Source: Methanothermobacter sp.
Lineage (GTDB): Archaea; Methanobacteriota; Methanobacteria; Methanobacteriales; Methanothermobacteraceae
DNA: 32,000 nt
Direction of reading: 5' to 3'
Assembly: GCF_049720995.1 (NCBI RefSeq)
Contig: NZ_JBNASF010000001.1
Span: 89,401-121,400 of the forward strand
This document shows positions 9,529 to 17,447 of this stretch, one piece after another (position 1 is the first letter of the stretch; each line of letters begins with the position of its first letter). The position numbers and the translations under genes are program-made. The notes below the pieces were generated by a model. The model did not search any database and was not told the DNA's origin. It saw only the letters and a program-made list of their open reading frames with translations.

Positions 9529-10749
9529 TTGTACAGAATAGGTGAAGCACTCATAGGAAGCGGCAATGAGGTCGCCCATATAGATCTCATCATAGGTGAT
9601 AAGGAGGGAAACGCAGGGGCCGCATTTGCAAATGGCCTCACCAGCCTCTCCCTAGGTCACACACCGCTTCTATCGGTTATAAGGCCCAACCTCATGACAA
9701 AACCCGCAACTCTCATAGTACCCAAGGTCACGGTGAGCTGCCTTGAAGACGCCGATAAGATCTTTGGACCAGCCCAGACGGCAGTTGCCCGTGCAGTTGC
9801 CGATGCGGTTGAGGAGGGAATAATACCCCAAGAAAAGGTTGAGGACCTCGTGGTAATTGTCAGCGTATTCATACACCCCGAGGCAGAGGACTACCGCAAG
9901 ATATACCAGTACAACTACGGGGCAACCAAACTAGCCCTCAGAAGGGCCATGGAAAACTACCCATCAGCCAGGAAGGTCCTCAGTGAAAAGGACAGGGGAA
10001 GCCACCCCATCATGGGCTTCAGAGCAGTCAGACTCTGGAACCCCCCCTACCTGCAGGTTGCCCTTGACCTTGACAGCATGGAGGAGATGGAGGGGATCAT
10101 TGACGCCCTCCCCAACAGGGAGAGGATACTCCTCGAGGCCGGGACACCCCTTGTCAAGAAATTCGGTGTCGGTGTCGTAAGCAGGATAAGGGAGCTTCGA
10201 AGGGACGCGTTCATAATAGCTGACCTCAAAACCCTTGACGTTGGCAGGATAGAGGTTAAGATGGCCGCAGATGAAACGGCTGACGCAGTGGCCATATCAG
10301 GTCTTGGAACCGTTGAATCCATTGAAAAGGCCATCCACGAGGCCCAGAAACAGGGCATATACTCCATACTGGACATGATGAATGTTGAAAACTTCGTTGA
10401 TAAACTCAGAGGCCTCAGGTACAGGCCAGATATCGTCCTTCTCCACAGGAATGTGGACCTTGAGACCCTCAGGGCGGAGCGTGGAGAGGATACTGGCGAA
10501 ATGAGCGAATGGGGCAACATCAGGGAAATAAAGGATATACTTGGCCCCAGGGGCCTTGTGGCCGTTGCAGGCGGTATAACACCATCCAAGATGCAGGAGG
10601 CCCTTGATAGCGGAGCAGACATAATAGTCGTTGGAAGGTACATAATAGGCTCAAGGGATGTGAGGAGGGCCGCCGAGGACTTCCTGGAGCACATGCCCCA
10701 GGACCCAGACACCATGAGGCTGCCCCTTGACGAGGACGAGTCAATCTGA
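9529..10749 (+). CDS. fae-hps: Bifunctional formaldehyde-activating enzyme / 3-hexulose-6-phosphate synthase (Fae-Hps)
   Basis: A TTG start is preceded by AAGGAGGAT. The N-terminal Fae part (..[22 protein letters not shown]..) is fused to an OMPDC-like Hps part (..[13 protein letters not shown].. ..[11 protein letters not shown].. ..VAGGITPS..). Confidence 0.9.
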   Translation: MYRIGEALIGSGNEVAHIDLIIGDKEGNAGAAFANGLTSLSLGHTPLLSVIRPNLMTKPATLIVPKVTVSCLEDADKIFGPAQTAVARAVADAVEEGIIPQEKVEDLVVIVSVFIHPEAEDYRKIYQYNYGATKLALRRAMENYPSARKVLSEKDRGSHPIMGFRAVRLWNPPYLQVALDLDSMEEMEGIIDALPNRERILLEAGTPLVKKFGVGVVSRIRELRRDAFIIADLKTLDVGRIEVKMAADETADAVAISGLGTVESIEKAIHEAQKQGIYSILDMMNVENFVDKLRGLRYRPDIVLLHRNVDLETLRAERGEDTGEMSEWGNIREIKDILGPRGLVAVAGGITPSKMQEALDSGADIIVVGRYIIGSRDVRRAAEDFLEHMPQDPDTMRLPLDEDESI

Positions 10750-10771
10750 TGCCCAAAGAGGGGGTTGCATT

Positions 10772-11356
10772 ATGATAGTGGGTATATGTGGAAGCCCCAG
10801 AAAACAGGCCACACATTACGTGCTTGAAAGGGCCCTTGAAACACTGGAGGATGATGGACTTGAAACCGGGTTCTTCACTGTGAGGGGTAAGAACATCTCA
10901 CCCTGCAGACACTGTGACTACTGCCTCAGGAATAAGGAGTGTGTGCTGAAGGACGACATGTACCCCCTCTACGACCTCCTGAGGAGGGCTAGGGGAATCA
11001 TAATTGCAACCCCTGTCTACAATGGTGGCGTCAGCGCCCAGGTAAAGGCTATGATGGACCGCTGCCGGGCGCTTGGTGCAGAGGACTATGACTCCCTAAG
11101 GGGAAAGGTGGGCATGGGTATAGCTGTTGGTGGTGACAGGTGCGGGGGGCAGGAACCTGCCCTCATGCAGATACACACCTTCTACATCCTCAACGGAGTA
11201 ATACCAGTAAGTGGGGGGTCCTTCGGAGCAAATCTGGGTGCGTGTCTCTGGTCAAGGGACACAGTCGAGGGCGTTAAGGAGGATTCCTACGGTTTTAAAA
11301 CCCTTGATAAAACCCTCAAAATGTTTAAAAAGTTTTTGAATTCCCAGACCCCATAA
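10772..11356 (+). CDS. Iron-sulfur flavoprotein (Isf-type NADPH-dependent FMN reductase fold)
   Basis: MIVGICGSPRK.. is a flavodoxin-like N-terminus, and CRHCDYCLRNKEC is the compact CX2CX2CX5C cluster motif of Isf proteins. The track start at 10727 overlaps fae-hps and lacks an SD. Confidence 0.75.
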   Translation: MIVGICGSPRKQATHYVLERALETLEDDGLETGFFTVRGKNISPCRHCDYCLRNKECVLKDDMYPLYDLLRRARGIIIATPVYNGGVSAQVKAMMDRCRALGAEDYDSLRGKVGMGIAVGGDRCGGQEPALMQIHTFYILNGVIPVSGGSFGANLGACLWSRDTVEGVKEDSYGFKTLDKTLKMFKKFLNSQTP

Positions 11357-11431
11357 AATTTACTTATTTTATATGACCATGACCCAAAGGCTTATTTAAG
11401 GCACTGCCAGATCTATTTTTCCGGTGATTCA

Positions 11432-12988
11432 ATGGCGTCTTCAGGTACCTCCAAACTTCTAAAGGGCAGCTTTTTTATAATAATCGGCAACCTGCTTTTC
11501 AGGGTAGGTGGCTACATATACAGGGTTCTCATGACACGACTCCTCGGACCCGAGGGCTATGGACTCCTAGGACTGACACTCCCATTCCAGGGCATATTCC
11601 AGATACTGGCTGCCGGGGGTCTGCCACCGGCAATAGCCAAGTATGTGGCCCAGCACCGGGCCCTCAAGGAGAATGAAATGGCCAGACAGGTTGTTGTAAC
11701 CTCACTGAAGGTCATGATATTTCTTGGTCTGGCATTCTCCATGGTAATGTTCTTCACAGCCCCCTGGCTTGCAAATCAGTTCTTCCATAAACCAGCGGCC
11801 CAGTACCCCCTGCAGGCTGTTGCACTCATAACACCCTTCAGTGTTATAGTTGGGGCCTTCAGGGGCGCATTTCAGGGTATATACCGGATGGAGTACGTTG
11901 TGGTTACAAGGGCTGTTGAGCAGGTTTTCATGATAACCCTCGCAGTTGTCCTTGTGATGGCCGGTTTCTATGCAGCAGGGGCGGTTATGGGTACCGCTAT
12001 GGGTTTCCTTGCCTCTGCCATATCAGCGATCCTGATATTCAAAAGGCTGATGAACAGCTACTTCCCGCCTGCCCCCCCTGAAAAAAGGCTGACCATCAGG
12101 GAGGAGCTGGGGCTTGTGAAAGTGCTTCTCTCATTCTCCATCCCAGTCATAATCACCGCCCTCTCCGAGATGGCAATATATGATATAAGTGTGTTTGTGA
12201 TAGGGGTGTTCATGGCAACAACCTCTGTGGGATACTACACTGCTGCTGATCCCGTTGCAAGGCTCCCCCTTGTAATATCCCTTTCTGTGGCAACCGCTGT
12301 TCTTCCTGCGGCATCAGAGGCCTTCGCCCTCAAGGATAGAAGGCTCCTTGAAACCTACATTGTGCAGTCATACAGGGTCGTGACTCTCCTTGTGCTTCCC
12401 ATGTGTGTTGGCATAGCCGTCTTCTCAGAGCCCCTTCTTGAACTCCTCTTTGGGAGCAACTTCATCACAGGGGCAGGGGCCCTTAGCATACTGGTTGTTG
12501 GGATGAGCTTCTACACCCTCTTCATGATATCCTCAAGCATCGCCCAGGGCATAGGGTACCCCCGTCTTCCGATGTACGTGCTGGTTGCTGGAACTGTCAT
12601 AAACCTTGCGCTGAACGTTGTGCTCGTACCCTTACTTGGAATAGAGGGGGGGGCCCTTGCAACAACAATCGCTGCATTCATTATAATGACCATCATCCTC
12701 TGGAAGACCTCAGAGCTAACCGGTGTGAAGCCCCCGGGCCTCTCACTTCTCAGGATAGGTTTCGCATCAGGGGTTATGGGGGTTTTCATGCTGCTCCTTC
12801 CCCGGAGCATCATGGGTCTCCTTCTGGCAATGATCCTCAGTCCCCTGGTTTACGGTGCGAGCCTCCTCCTTGCAGGTGGTGTTGAGAAGAGGGATGTTAG
12901 GCTTGTGAGGAAGTCTGCATCAAGGATGGGCCCCCTCTCAGGAGCCATGAAGAGGGTGGCTGATCTTATGGACCGCTGGGCAAGGTGA
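11432..12988 (+). CDS. MOP-superfamily (Wzx/MurJ-type) polysaccharide/lipid-linked oligosaccharide flippase
   Basis: The 518-aa product has about 14 TM helices and the N-terminal style of polysaccharide-biosynthesis (PST) proteins (..GNLLFRVGGYIYRVLMTRLLGPEGYGLLG..). The start context is GGTGAT-tca-ATG. Confidence 0.75.
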   Translation: MASSGTSKLLKGSFFIIIGNLLFRVGGYIYRVLMTRLLGPEGYGLLGLTLPFQGIFQILAAGGLPPAIAKYVAQHRALKENEMARQVVVTSLKVMIFLGLAFSMVMFFTAPWLANQFFHKPAAQYPLQAVALITPFSVIVGAFRGAFQGIYRMEYVVVTRAVEQVFMITLAVVLVMAGFYAAGAVMGTAMGFLASAISAILIFKRLMNSYFPPAPPEKRLTIREELGLVKVLLSFSIPVIITALSEMAIYDISVFVIGVFMATTSVGYYTAADPVARLPLVISLSVATAVLPAASEAFALKDRRLLETYIVQSYRVVTLLVLPMCVGIAVFSEPLLELLFGSNFITGAGALSILVVGMSFYTLFMISSSIAQGIGYPRLPMYVLVAGTVINLALNVVLVPLLGIEGGALATTIAAFIIMTIILWKTSELTGVKPPGLSLLRIGFASGVMGVFMLLLPRSIMGLLLAMILSPLVYGASLLLAGGVEKRDVRLVRKSASRMGPLSGAMKRVADLMDRWAR

Positions 12989-13028
12989 TTGCATAAGAAT
13001 ATAAAGAACAAGACCCATAGGTTCTATA

Positions 13029-13700
13029 ATGAGCTTCAGCTTCAGAATCGCCATTGACGGAACCGAAGTCCCTGTGGATGAGAGAAGGTTCAGACTTCTC
13101 AGGCTAATCCAGAGCAGGGGTTCAATAAGCAGAGCAGCAGAGGAGGCGGGTATCCCCTACCGCAGCGCCCTTGCATATATAAGGAACCTCGAGGAACTCC
13201 TGGGTGAAGAGGTTGTTGAAACCAGAAGGGGTGGAAAGGGGGGTGGTGGGGGTAGCAGACTCACAGAAACAGGCGTCAGGGTCGTTCTTGAGTATCTTAA
13301 ATTAAAGAGGGCCCTTGAAAGGCAGGTTTCCAGTAACGAAATCCAGGGAACTGTTGAGGAGATCTCAGGGGATGGTTCAAGAATAAGGGTGGGAAATCAC
13401 CTCCTGGAGGCACCAATGGTTGAGGGGTTATCCCCTGGAGATGAGGTTATACTCCTCGTTGACCCTGAGGATATTGTGCTCATGGGTGAAAGGTATGATA
13501 CCAGCATGAGGAACACGGTTCCCGGAACTGTTACAGGCCTTGAACTGGAGGGGGACATCGTGACTGTCAGGATCAATACAGGGGGCATTGAACTCAAAAC
13601 CCGCATAACACGTGAATCCCAGAGAAAACTGAATCTCAACCCTGGATCCGATGTATATGCAGGTTTTAAGGCTGTTGCTGTTACTGTTCTTAAGATATGA
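13029..13700 (+). CDS. ModE-like molybdate/tungstate-responsive regulator (HTH plus TOBE/Mop domains)
   Basis: The N-terminal HTH carries the Gly-rich ModE loop (..SISRAAEEAGIPYRSALAYIRNLEE..RRGGKGGGGGSRLTETG..). The C-terminal TOBE domain reads ..MRNTVPGTVTGLELEGDIVTVRINTGGIELKTRITRES..L.LNPGSDVYAGFKAVAV... Confidence 0.7.
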   Translation: MSFSFRIAIDGTEVPVDERRFRLLRLIQSRGSISRAAEEAGIPYRSALAYIRNLEELLGEEVVETRRGGKGGGGGSRLTETGVRVVLEYLKLKRALERQVSSNEIQGTVEEISGDGSRIRVGNHLLEAPMVEGLSPGDEVILLVDPEDIVLMGERYDTSMRNTVPGTVTGLELEGDIVTVRINTGGIELKTRITRESQRKLNLNPGSDVYAGFKAVAVTVLKI

Positions 13701-13718
13701 AGGGTTGGTGGTGATTTA

Positions 13719-13949
13719 ATGAAGATCATAGTGGATCCAGATAAATGTACCGGATGCTGTGAGTGCCGGGAGGCCTGTCCCAAGGGGGGCAAGATATGGA
13801 CCATAGGCAGGAGGAACCCTGCCCGGGCCTCAAATCTTGAATTCTGCCACCAGTGCATGATATGTGCAAGTAAATGTCCTGAAGGCGCCATAAGGATCAT
13901 AAGGGATGATAACTATGAGAAGAAGTCTGAAGACCAGGGAAACCCTTGA
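13719..13949 (+). CDS. 2x[4Fe-4S] ferredoxin
   Basis: Two cluster motifs are present, CTGCCECREACP and CHQCMICASKCP. The start context is GGTGAT-tta-ATG. The 3' end overlaps hisB. Confidence 0.8.
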   Translation: MKIIVDPDKCTGCCECREACPKGGKIWTIGRRNPARASNLEFCHQCMICASKCPEGAIRIIRDDNYEKKSEDQGNP

Positions 13950-14490
13950 AACCCATGTTAAGGTTGATCTTAACCTTGATGGTAGTGGAAGGTCAAATGT
14001 GAATACAGGTCTTGGATTCCTTGACCACATGCTTGGATCACTAGCCCGTCACGGGCTCATGGACCTTGAGGTGGAGGCAAGGGGTGATCTGGAGGTGGAC
14101 GACCACCACACGGTTGAGGATGTTGCGCTGACACTGGGTGAGGCCCTCAGGGAGGCCCTTGGTGATGGGAAGGGTATAAGGAGGATGGCCCACGCCATGG
14201 TCCCCATGGATGAGTCCCTGGCCACCGTTGCACTGGACCTGGGTGGAAGACCTTACACCGTACTTGAACTTGAGTTCAGTGGTACCAGGATTGGGGATGT
14301 CTCATCGGATAATATAGGGCATTTCTTTGAGTCATTTGCGGCTTCTGCGGCCATTAACATCCACGCATCTGTGAGGGGAAGTAACGACCACCACAAGGCC
14401 GAGGCACTCTTCAAGGCACTTGCACTTGCACTGAGGGACGCTGTACACGTTGAACACGATATAATTCCAAGCACCAAGGGCAGATTGTAG
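13915..14490 (+). CDS. hisB: Imidazoleglycerol-phosphate dehydratase
   Basis: ..TGLGFLDHMLGSLARHG.., ..DDHHTVEDVALTLGEAL.. and ..NDHHKAEALFKALALAL.. are the IGPD signatures. ATG 13915 (MRRSLKTRETLET..) is preferred over 13906. Confidence 0.9.
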   Translation: MRRSLKTRETLETHVKVDLNLDGSGRSNVNTGLGFLDHMLGSLARHGLMDLEVEARGDLEVDDHHTVEDVALTLGEALREALGDGKGIRRMAHAMVPMDESLATVALDLGGRPYTVLELEFSGTRIGDVSSDNIGHFFESFAASAAINIHASVRGSNDHHKAEALFKALALALRDAVHVEHDIIPSTKGRL

Positions 14491-14607
14491 AGACTCCACA
14501 GAGAATGTGTGGATGCCAACCTATCCTTAATTATAAAGCAGAGTATAATCCTGAAGCTGGGGCTGGCCTTCTATTCTGATCGGTACATATTTACAGAGAG
14601 TCATGCC

Positions 14608-14703
14608 CCGGCACCAATGATACGATGGAGTATACACCCAGAGGTACCCCGCGAAACCCTTCAACTGATCCCACCGGCAATGATACGATGGAGTATACAC
14701 CCA
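14608..14703. repeat. Two copies of a 33-bp unit (26 bp identical) separated by 30 bp
   Basis: CAATGATACGATGGAGTATACACCCA occurs at 14615-14640 and again at 14678-14703 (period 63 bp), each time preceded by CCGGCA. Each copy contains the near-palindrome GGAGTATACACC. The repeat lies in the convergent hisB/mtd intergenic region. Confidence 0.85.
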
Positions 14704-14775
14704 CTCTGGAACCTGGTGACAGATGAGAATCAATTAAAAGCTCATTCATGAAGAAAAAATAAGGTGGTTGAAGAT

Positions 14776-15606
14776 CTATTCTGGCTTGGCCAGAAGATCC
14801 GTCTTGCTAAGTGTTTCGCCTTCCTTACCGTGTGGTGTTCTCAGCACGGTGTCATTGGCCTTTTCGATTTCCCTTGCTTCAACTGCAAGTCTGGCAGCTG
14901 CAGAGAGCATTTCGTGTGCTGAGGCAACGATTGGTATGTACTGGTCAGGGTCCTGTACCATGAAGCAGCCCCTGACGTCTATGTCAGCCACCTTGGTTGC
15001 TATCTCATATGCAGCCATTGCCTTGGCCCTTGCATATGGGTTGGTGTAGCCTGCTGCTTCAACTGCCTTATCTGTGTCTATTACAACCTGTGGAAGTTCA
15101 GGTGCCTTTCCGGCTTCAACATCCGCGATCATTGCATCAATTGTGTTCTGCACAACCCTGTATGCGCCTGTGAATGCAAGAACCTTTATAACGTCTGAGT
15201 TGAAGGATGCCATCTCTGTTGGGTCCAGGAACTCCCTTCTTGCCCCTATCATCGGGTCGGCTTTTACTATTATGTATCCAAGGCCCTGCTCCTCGATTTC
15301 ATCCTTGACCCTGAGGCCGGGTGCGTCACCTATAATCATGGCTGGGACATCAGCCGCTGATAGGAGCTCCCTTGCCTTTGCAGGGCCAGGTGCGCCAGGG
15401 TTTGGGCTTATGAATATAACAAAGTCCCTATCCATTTCAAGCATGGTTGGTACTGCCCTTTCGATTTCATCGGGGTTCATCTTTGCACCTGAACCCACGA
15501 CACAGACATCTATGTTGGGCCGGTCTGCCCTCTCATCAAGTAACAGGTCCAGCACAGGTGAGGTCCCGATGTTACCACATTTTATTATACCAATTTTTAC
15601 AACCAT
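14776..15606 (-). CDS. mtd: F420-dependent methylenetetrahydromethanopterin dehydrogenase
   Basis: The 276-aa product (MVVKIGIIKCGNIGTSPVLDLLLDERADRPNIDV.. ..PNPGAPGPAKARE..) is the characteristic Mtd sequence. The start context is GGTGAT-cta-ATG. Confidence 0.95.
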   Translation of the reverse strand: MVVKIGIIKCGNIGTSPVLDLLLDERADRPNIDVCVVGSGAKMNPDEIERAVPTMLEMDRDFVIFISPNPGAPGPAKARELLSAADVPAMIIGDAPGLRVKDEIEEQGLGYIIVKADPMIGARREFLDPTEMASFNSDVIKVLAFTGAYRVVQNTIDAMIADVEAGKAPELPQVVIDTDKAVEAAGYTNPYARAKAMAAYEIATKVADIDVRGCFMVQDPDQYIPIVASAHEMLSAAARLAVEAREIEKANDTVLRTPHGKEGETLSKTDLLAKPE

Positions 15607-15774
15607 TAGATCACCAGAATCTTATTATTTTGCACCTTATTAAGTATTTTATGATTTAAAGATTATGATTAAGCTTTTATACCAGTAGTATATTTTTTAT
15701 CCTTTCTGGGATCATCATGATTAAAATTTAAATTATAGTTAATATCTTAATCACTTAATTTAATATCGGATTTA

Positions 15775-16188
15775 TTAATCCTCCTCCCTTTCAACCACAA
15801 GAACGTTGCCTGTGAATATTTTTGAGAAGATCTCCCTCCTTATTCTGATCCTCCCCATGGCAGGGTCAGCCAGTGTGATGTTTCTATCATCAACCGATAG
15901 AACAACGGTGTAGTGTGCTGTGTCCCCATACCTTACAAATGCTATGTGGTTCCTCCTCAGATCCGATATTTCCATCCTGACTCCCCTTGCACTCAATCCC
16001 TTTGAGGTTGCTGCGAGTATCAGTCCATACATCGTGGTACCTGATTCGTCTGTACCTGCAAGCTCTGCAAGCTCGGTCTCGCTGCAGTGAACTCCAAGGT
16101 TTCTGAGAACCGTGGCAAGCGCAGCCGGGCCACAGCTGTAGCCGCTGCTCTGCCTCACTATAACCTCATCACCCAGAGACGATTTCAT
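15775..16188 (-). CDS. Stand-alone papain-like cysteine peptidase domain (peptidase C39-like)
   Basis: Gln (VRQSSG), Cys (YSCGPAALATVL), His (TAHYTVVL) and Asp (LADP) occur in C39 order. There is no signal peptide or TM. GGAGGT lies 7 nt before ATG 16188, and a TTTATTAATA TATA box sits at about 16239-16248, which would place the track start (16221) upstream of the transcript. Confidence 0.65.
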   Translation of the reverse strand: MKSSLGDEVIVRQSSGYSCGPAALATVLRNLGVHCSETELAELAGTDESGTTMYGLILAATSKGLSARGVRMEISDLRRNHIAFVRYGDTAHYTVVLSVDDRNITLADPAMGRIRIRREIFSKIFTGNVLVVEREED

Positions 16189-16412
16189 ATCAAAAACCTC
16201 CATTTTAATACCAGTGTTCATAATAAATTATGAATTGTTATTAATAAATGTATATGATTGAAGTGTCGCGGAGCAGAACCCCATGAAATCAGGTGCACCA
16301 CAGTGCTTTGCTCCAGATGAAAAAGAGCTCAAACAAGAAGCTAAGAAATGGATTAACCATCGTCCAGAGTGGTGCTCCTGTGAAGAATTAAGGGGGTGAT
16401 GGTATCCATCAG

Positions 16413-17447
16413 CTACCTGAAGCCTTTTCGGGCATCCCAGATGCGCCTCATAGATCTCAATCCACCCCTGGGCCCGGCGATTTCATGGAAATCATCAATG
16501 AGCACCATCAATTTTTTGACGGCACGCTCAGCATCCTCCAAAATTCCAGAGGATTCAGGTGGTTTCACATCATCCACCACCTCTTCCAGGATGGCAGAGT
16601 CAACCACCGGTATTCCCACCTCACCTGCAAGGTCCACACTGGCATGTCTCTCATGGAAGCCCCGGAGCTTAATTGCTGGAACACCCAGCACCGCAGCCTC
16701 GATTGTGAGACCCATTCCTGCACCGTATATTACAAGGTCAGCGGAGGCCATGAGGGATGGCAGATCAACAAAACCCTCAAGGACCTCCGTCTTCTCTGAA
16801 CCTACGAGGCTCCTCACATAATGTGGACTGAAGCGGAAGGGTACCACGATGATGCGTCTTCCAAGGGATTCAACTCCGGATATGAGGTCAGGTATATCCC
16901 TCTTTCGCAGGTCACCTCCAAGGACCAGGAGGGTGTAATTCCCAATACCGGGGTCCTCAATCTGGAGGCGGCTCACATAGAGTGCATGGGGATAGCCCCC
17001 TATTACCTCAACATTCTCAAGGAGGTACTCATCCTCGAGGTAATCCCTGTAACGGGTGGAGGGTGCGGTTACAATGTCTGCAAATGCGATCATTTCAATG
17101 GGGTTGTATATGTCCTGTTCAACATGAAGGACCCCCTTCCCTCGAAGATATGATGCGGCGATGGCCTTCCTCACATCCCCTGCATTCCCGCATGTGAGCA
17201 CAAGATCCGGTTCTATCCTACCAAGGTGGCGCCAGGTGGTTGCAATATCCCTCAGAACAAGGTAAGCGATTTCCATCCTGCCTCCTGATCTGCTCCTGCT
17301 GGTTCCCATGGAATAGTATTCCTGACAGAGGTTCCCCAGGACCTCCCTCACCCCCACACCATGGCACAGGCAGTGGTATTCATGTTCAGATCCCTGCATC
17401 AGGGGATGAAAGGTCTTTGCAGGTGCAAGTTCAGCTGCAACTGCCAC
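16413..17447 (-). CDS. GT-B glycosyltransferase, MurG/GT28-like
   Basis: ..IEPDLVLTCGNAGDVRKAIAASYLRGKGVLHVEQD.. resembles the MurG block KPDVV.G.GGYVS.P...AA...GIP...HEQN. ..FVDLPSLMASADLVIYGAGMGLTIEAAVLGVPAI.. resembles the GT28 C-terminal block. GTG 17447 overlaps the upstream gene by 17 nt. An alternative start at ATG 17276 has GGAGG-cagg-ATG. Confidence 0.55.
   Translation of the reverse strand: MAVAAELAPAKTFHPLMQGSEHEYHCLCHGVGVREVLGNLCQEYYSMGTSRSRSGGRMEIAYLVLRDIATTWRHLGRIEPDLVLTCGNAGDVRKAIAASYLRGKGVLHVEQDIYNPIEMIAFADIVTAPSTRYRDYLEDEYLLENVEVIGGYPHALYVSRLQIEDPGIGNYTLLVLGGDLRKRDIPDLISGVESLGRRIIVVPFRFSPHYVRSLVGSEKTEVLEGFVDLPSLMASADLVIYGAGMGLTIEAAVLGVPAIKLRGFHERHASVDLAGEVGIPVVDSAILEEVVDDVKPPESSGILEDAERAVKKLMVLIDDFHEIAGPRGGLRSMRRIWDARKGFR

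Noticed and set aside
10047-10715. Long antisense ORFs inside well-supported genes (also 3471..3920, 15074..15643, 22159..22785, 13397..13900, 29369..29863 and others)
   Set aside because: These are shadow ORFs opposite strongly codon-biased genes. Their products are low-complexity (Ser/Pro/Thr/Arg-rich), and they lack SD motifs and recognisable domains.
14608-14703. CRISPR mini-array (33-nt repeats with a 30-nt spacer geometry)
   Set aside because: There are only two copies, and the 5' 7-8 nt of the repeats differ. There is no leader-like AT-rich flank, no cas genes in the window, and no further repeats.
14616-14710. C/D-box sRNA (AUGAUAC as C/C' box, CUGA at 14664 as D' box)
   Set aside because: The box sequences deviate from RUGAUGA. 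Box spacing (about 40 nt from C to D') is far from the 12-nt guide rule. No proper terminal D box or stem is present.
14509-14751. The 80-aa (+) and 68-aa (-) ORFs with internally repeated peptides (MIRWSIHP / WVYTPSYH)
   Set aside because: The peptide repeats merely mirror the DNA duplication. There is no SD, both strands are open, and the region sits between two convergent stops. These are most likely non-coding.
16283-16399. A 38-aa plus-strand ORF (MKSGAPQCFAPDEKELKQEAKKWINHRPEWCSCEELRG) as a possible substrate peptide for the adjacent C39 peptidase
   Set aside because: It has no double-glycine leader motif and lies on the opposite strand to all neighbours. It has only a weak GGAG upstream, and its size is within chance expectation. 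It is kept only as a note.
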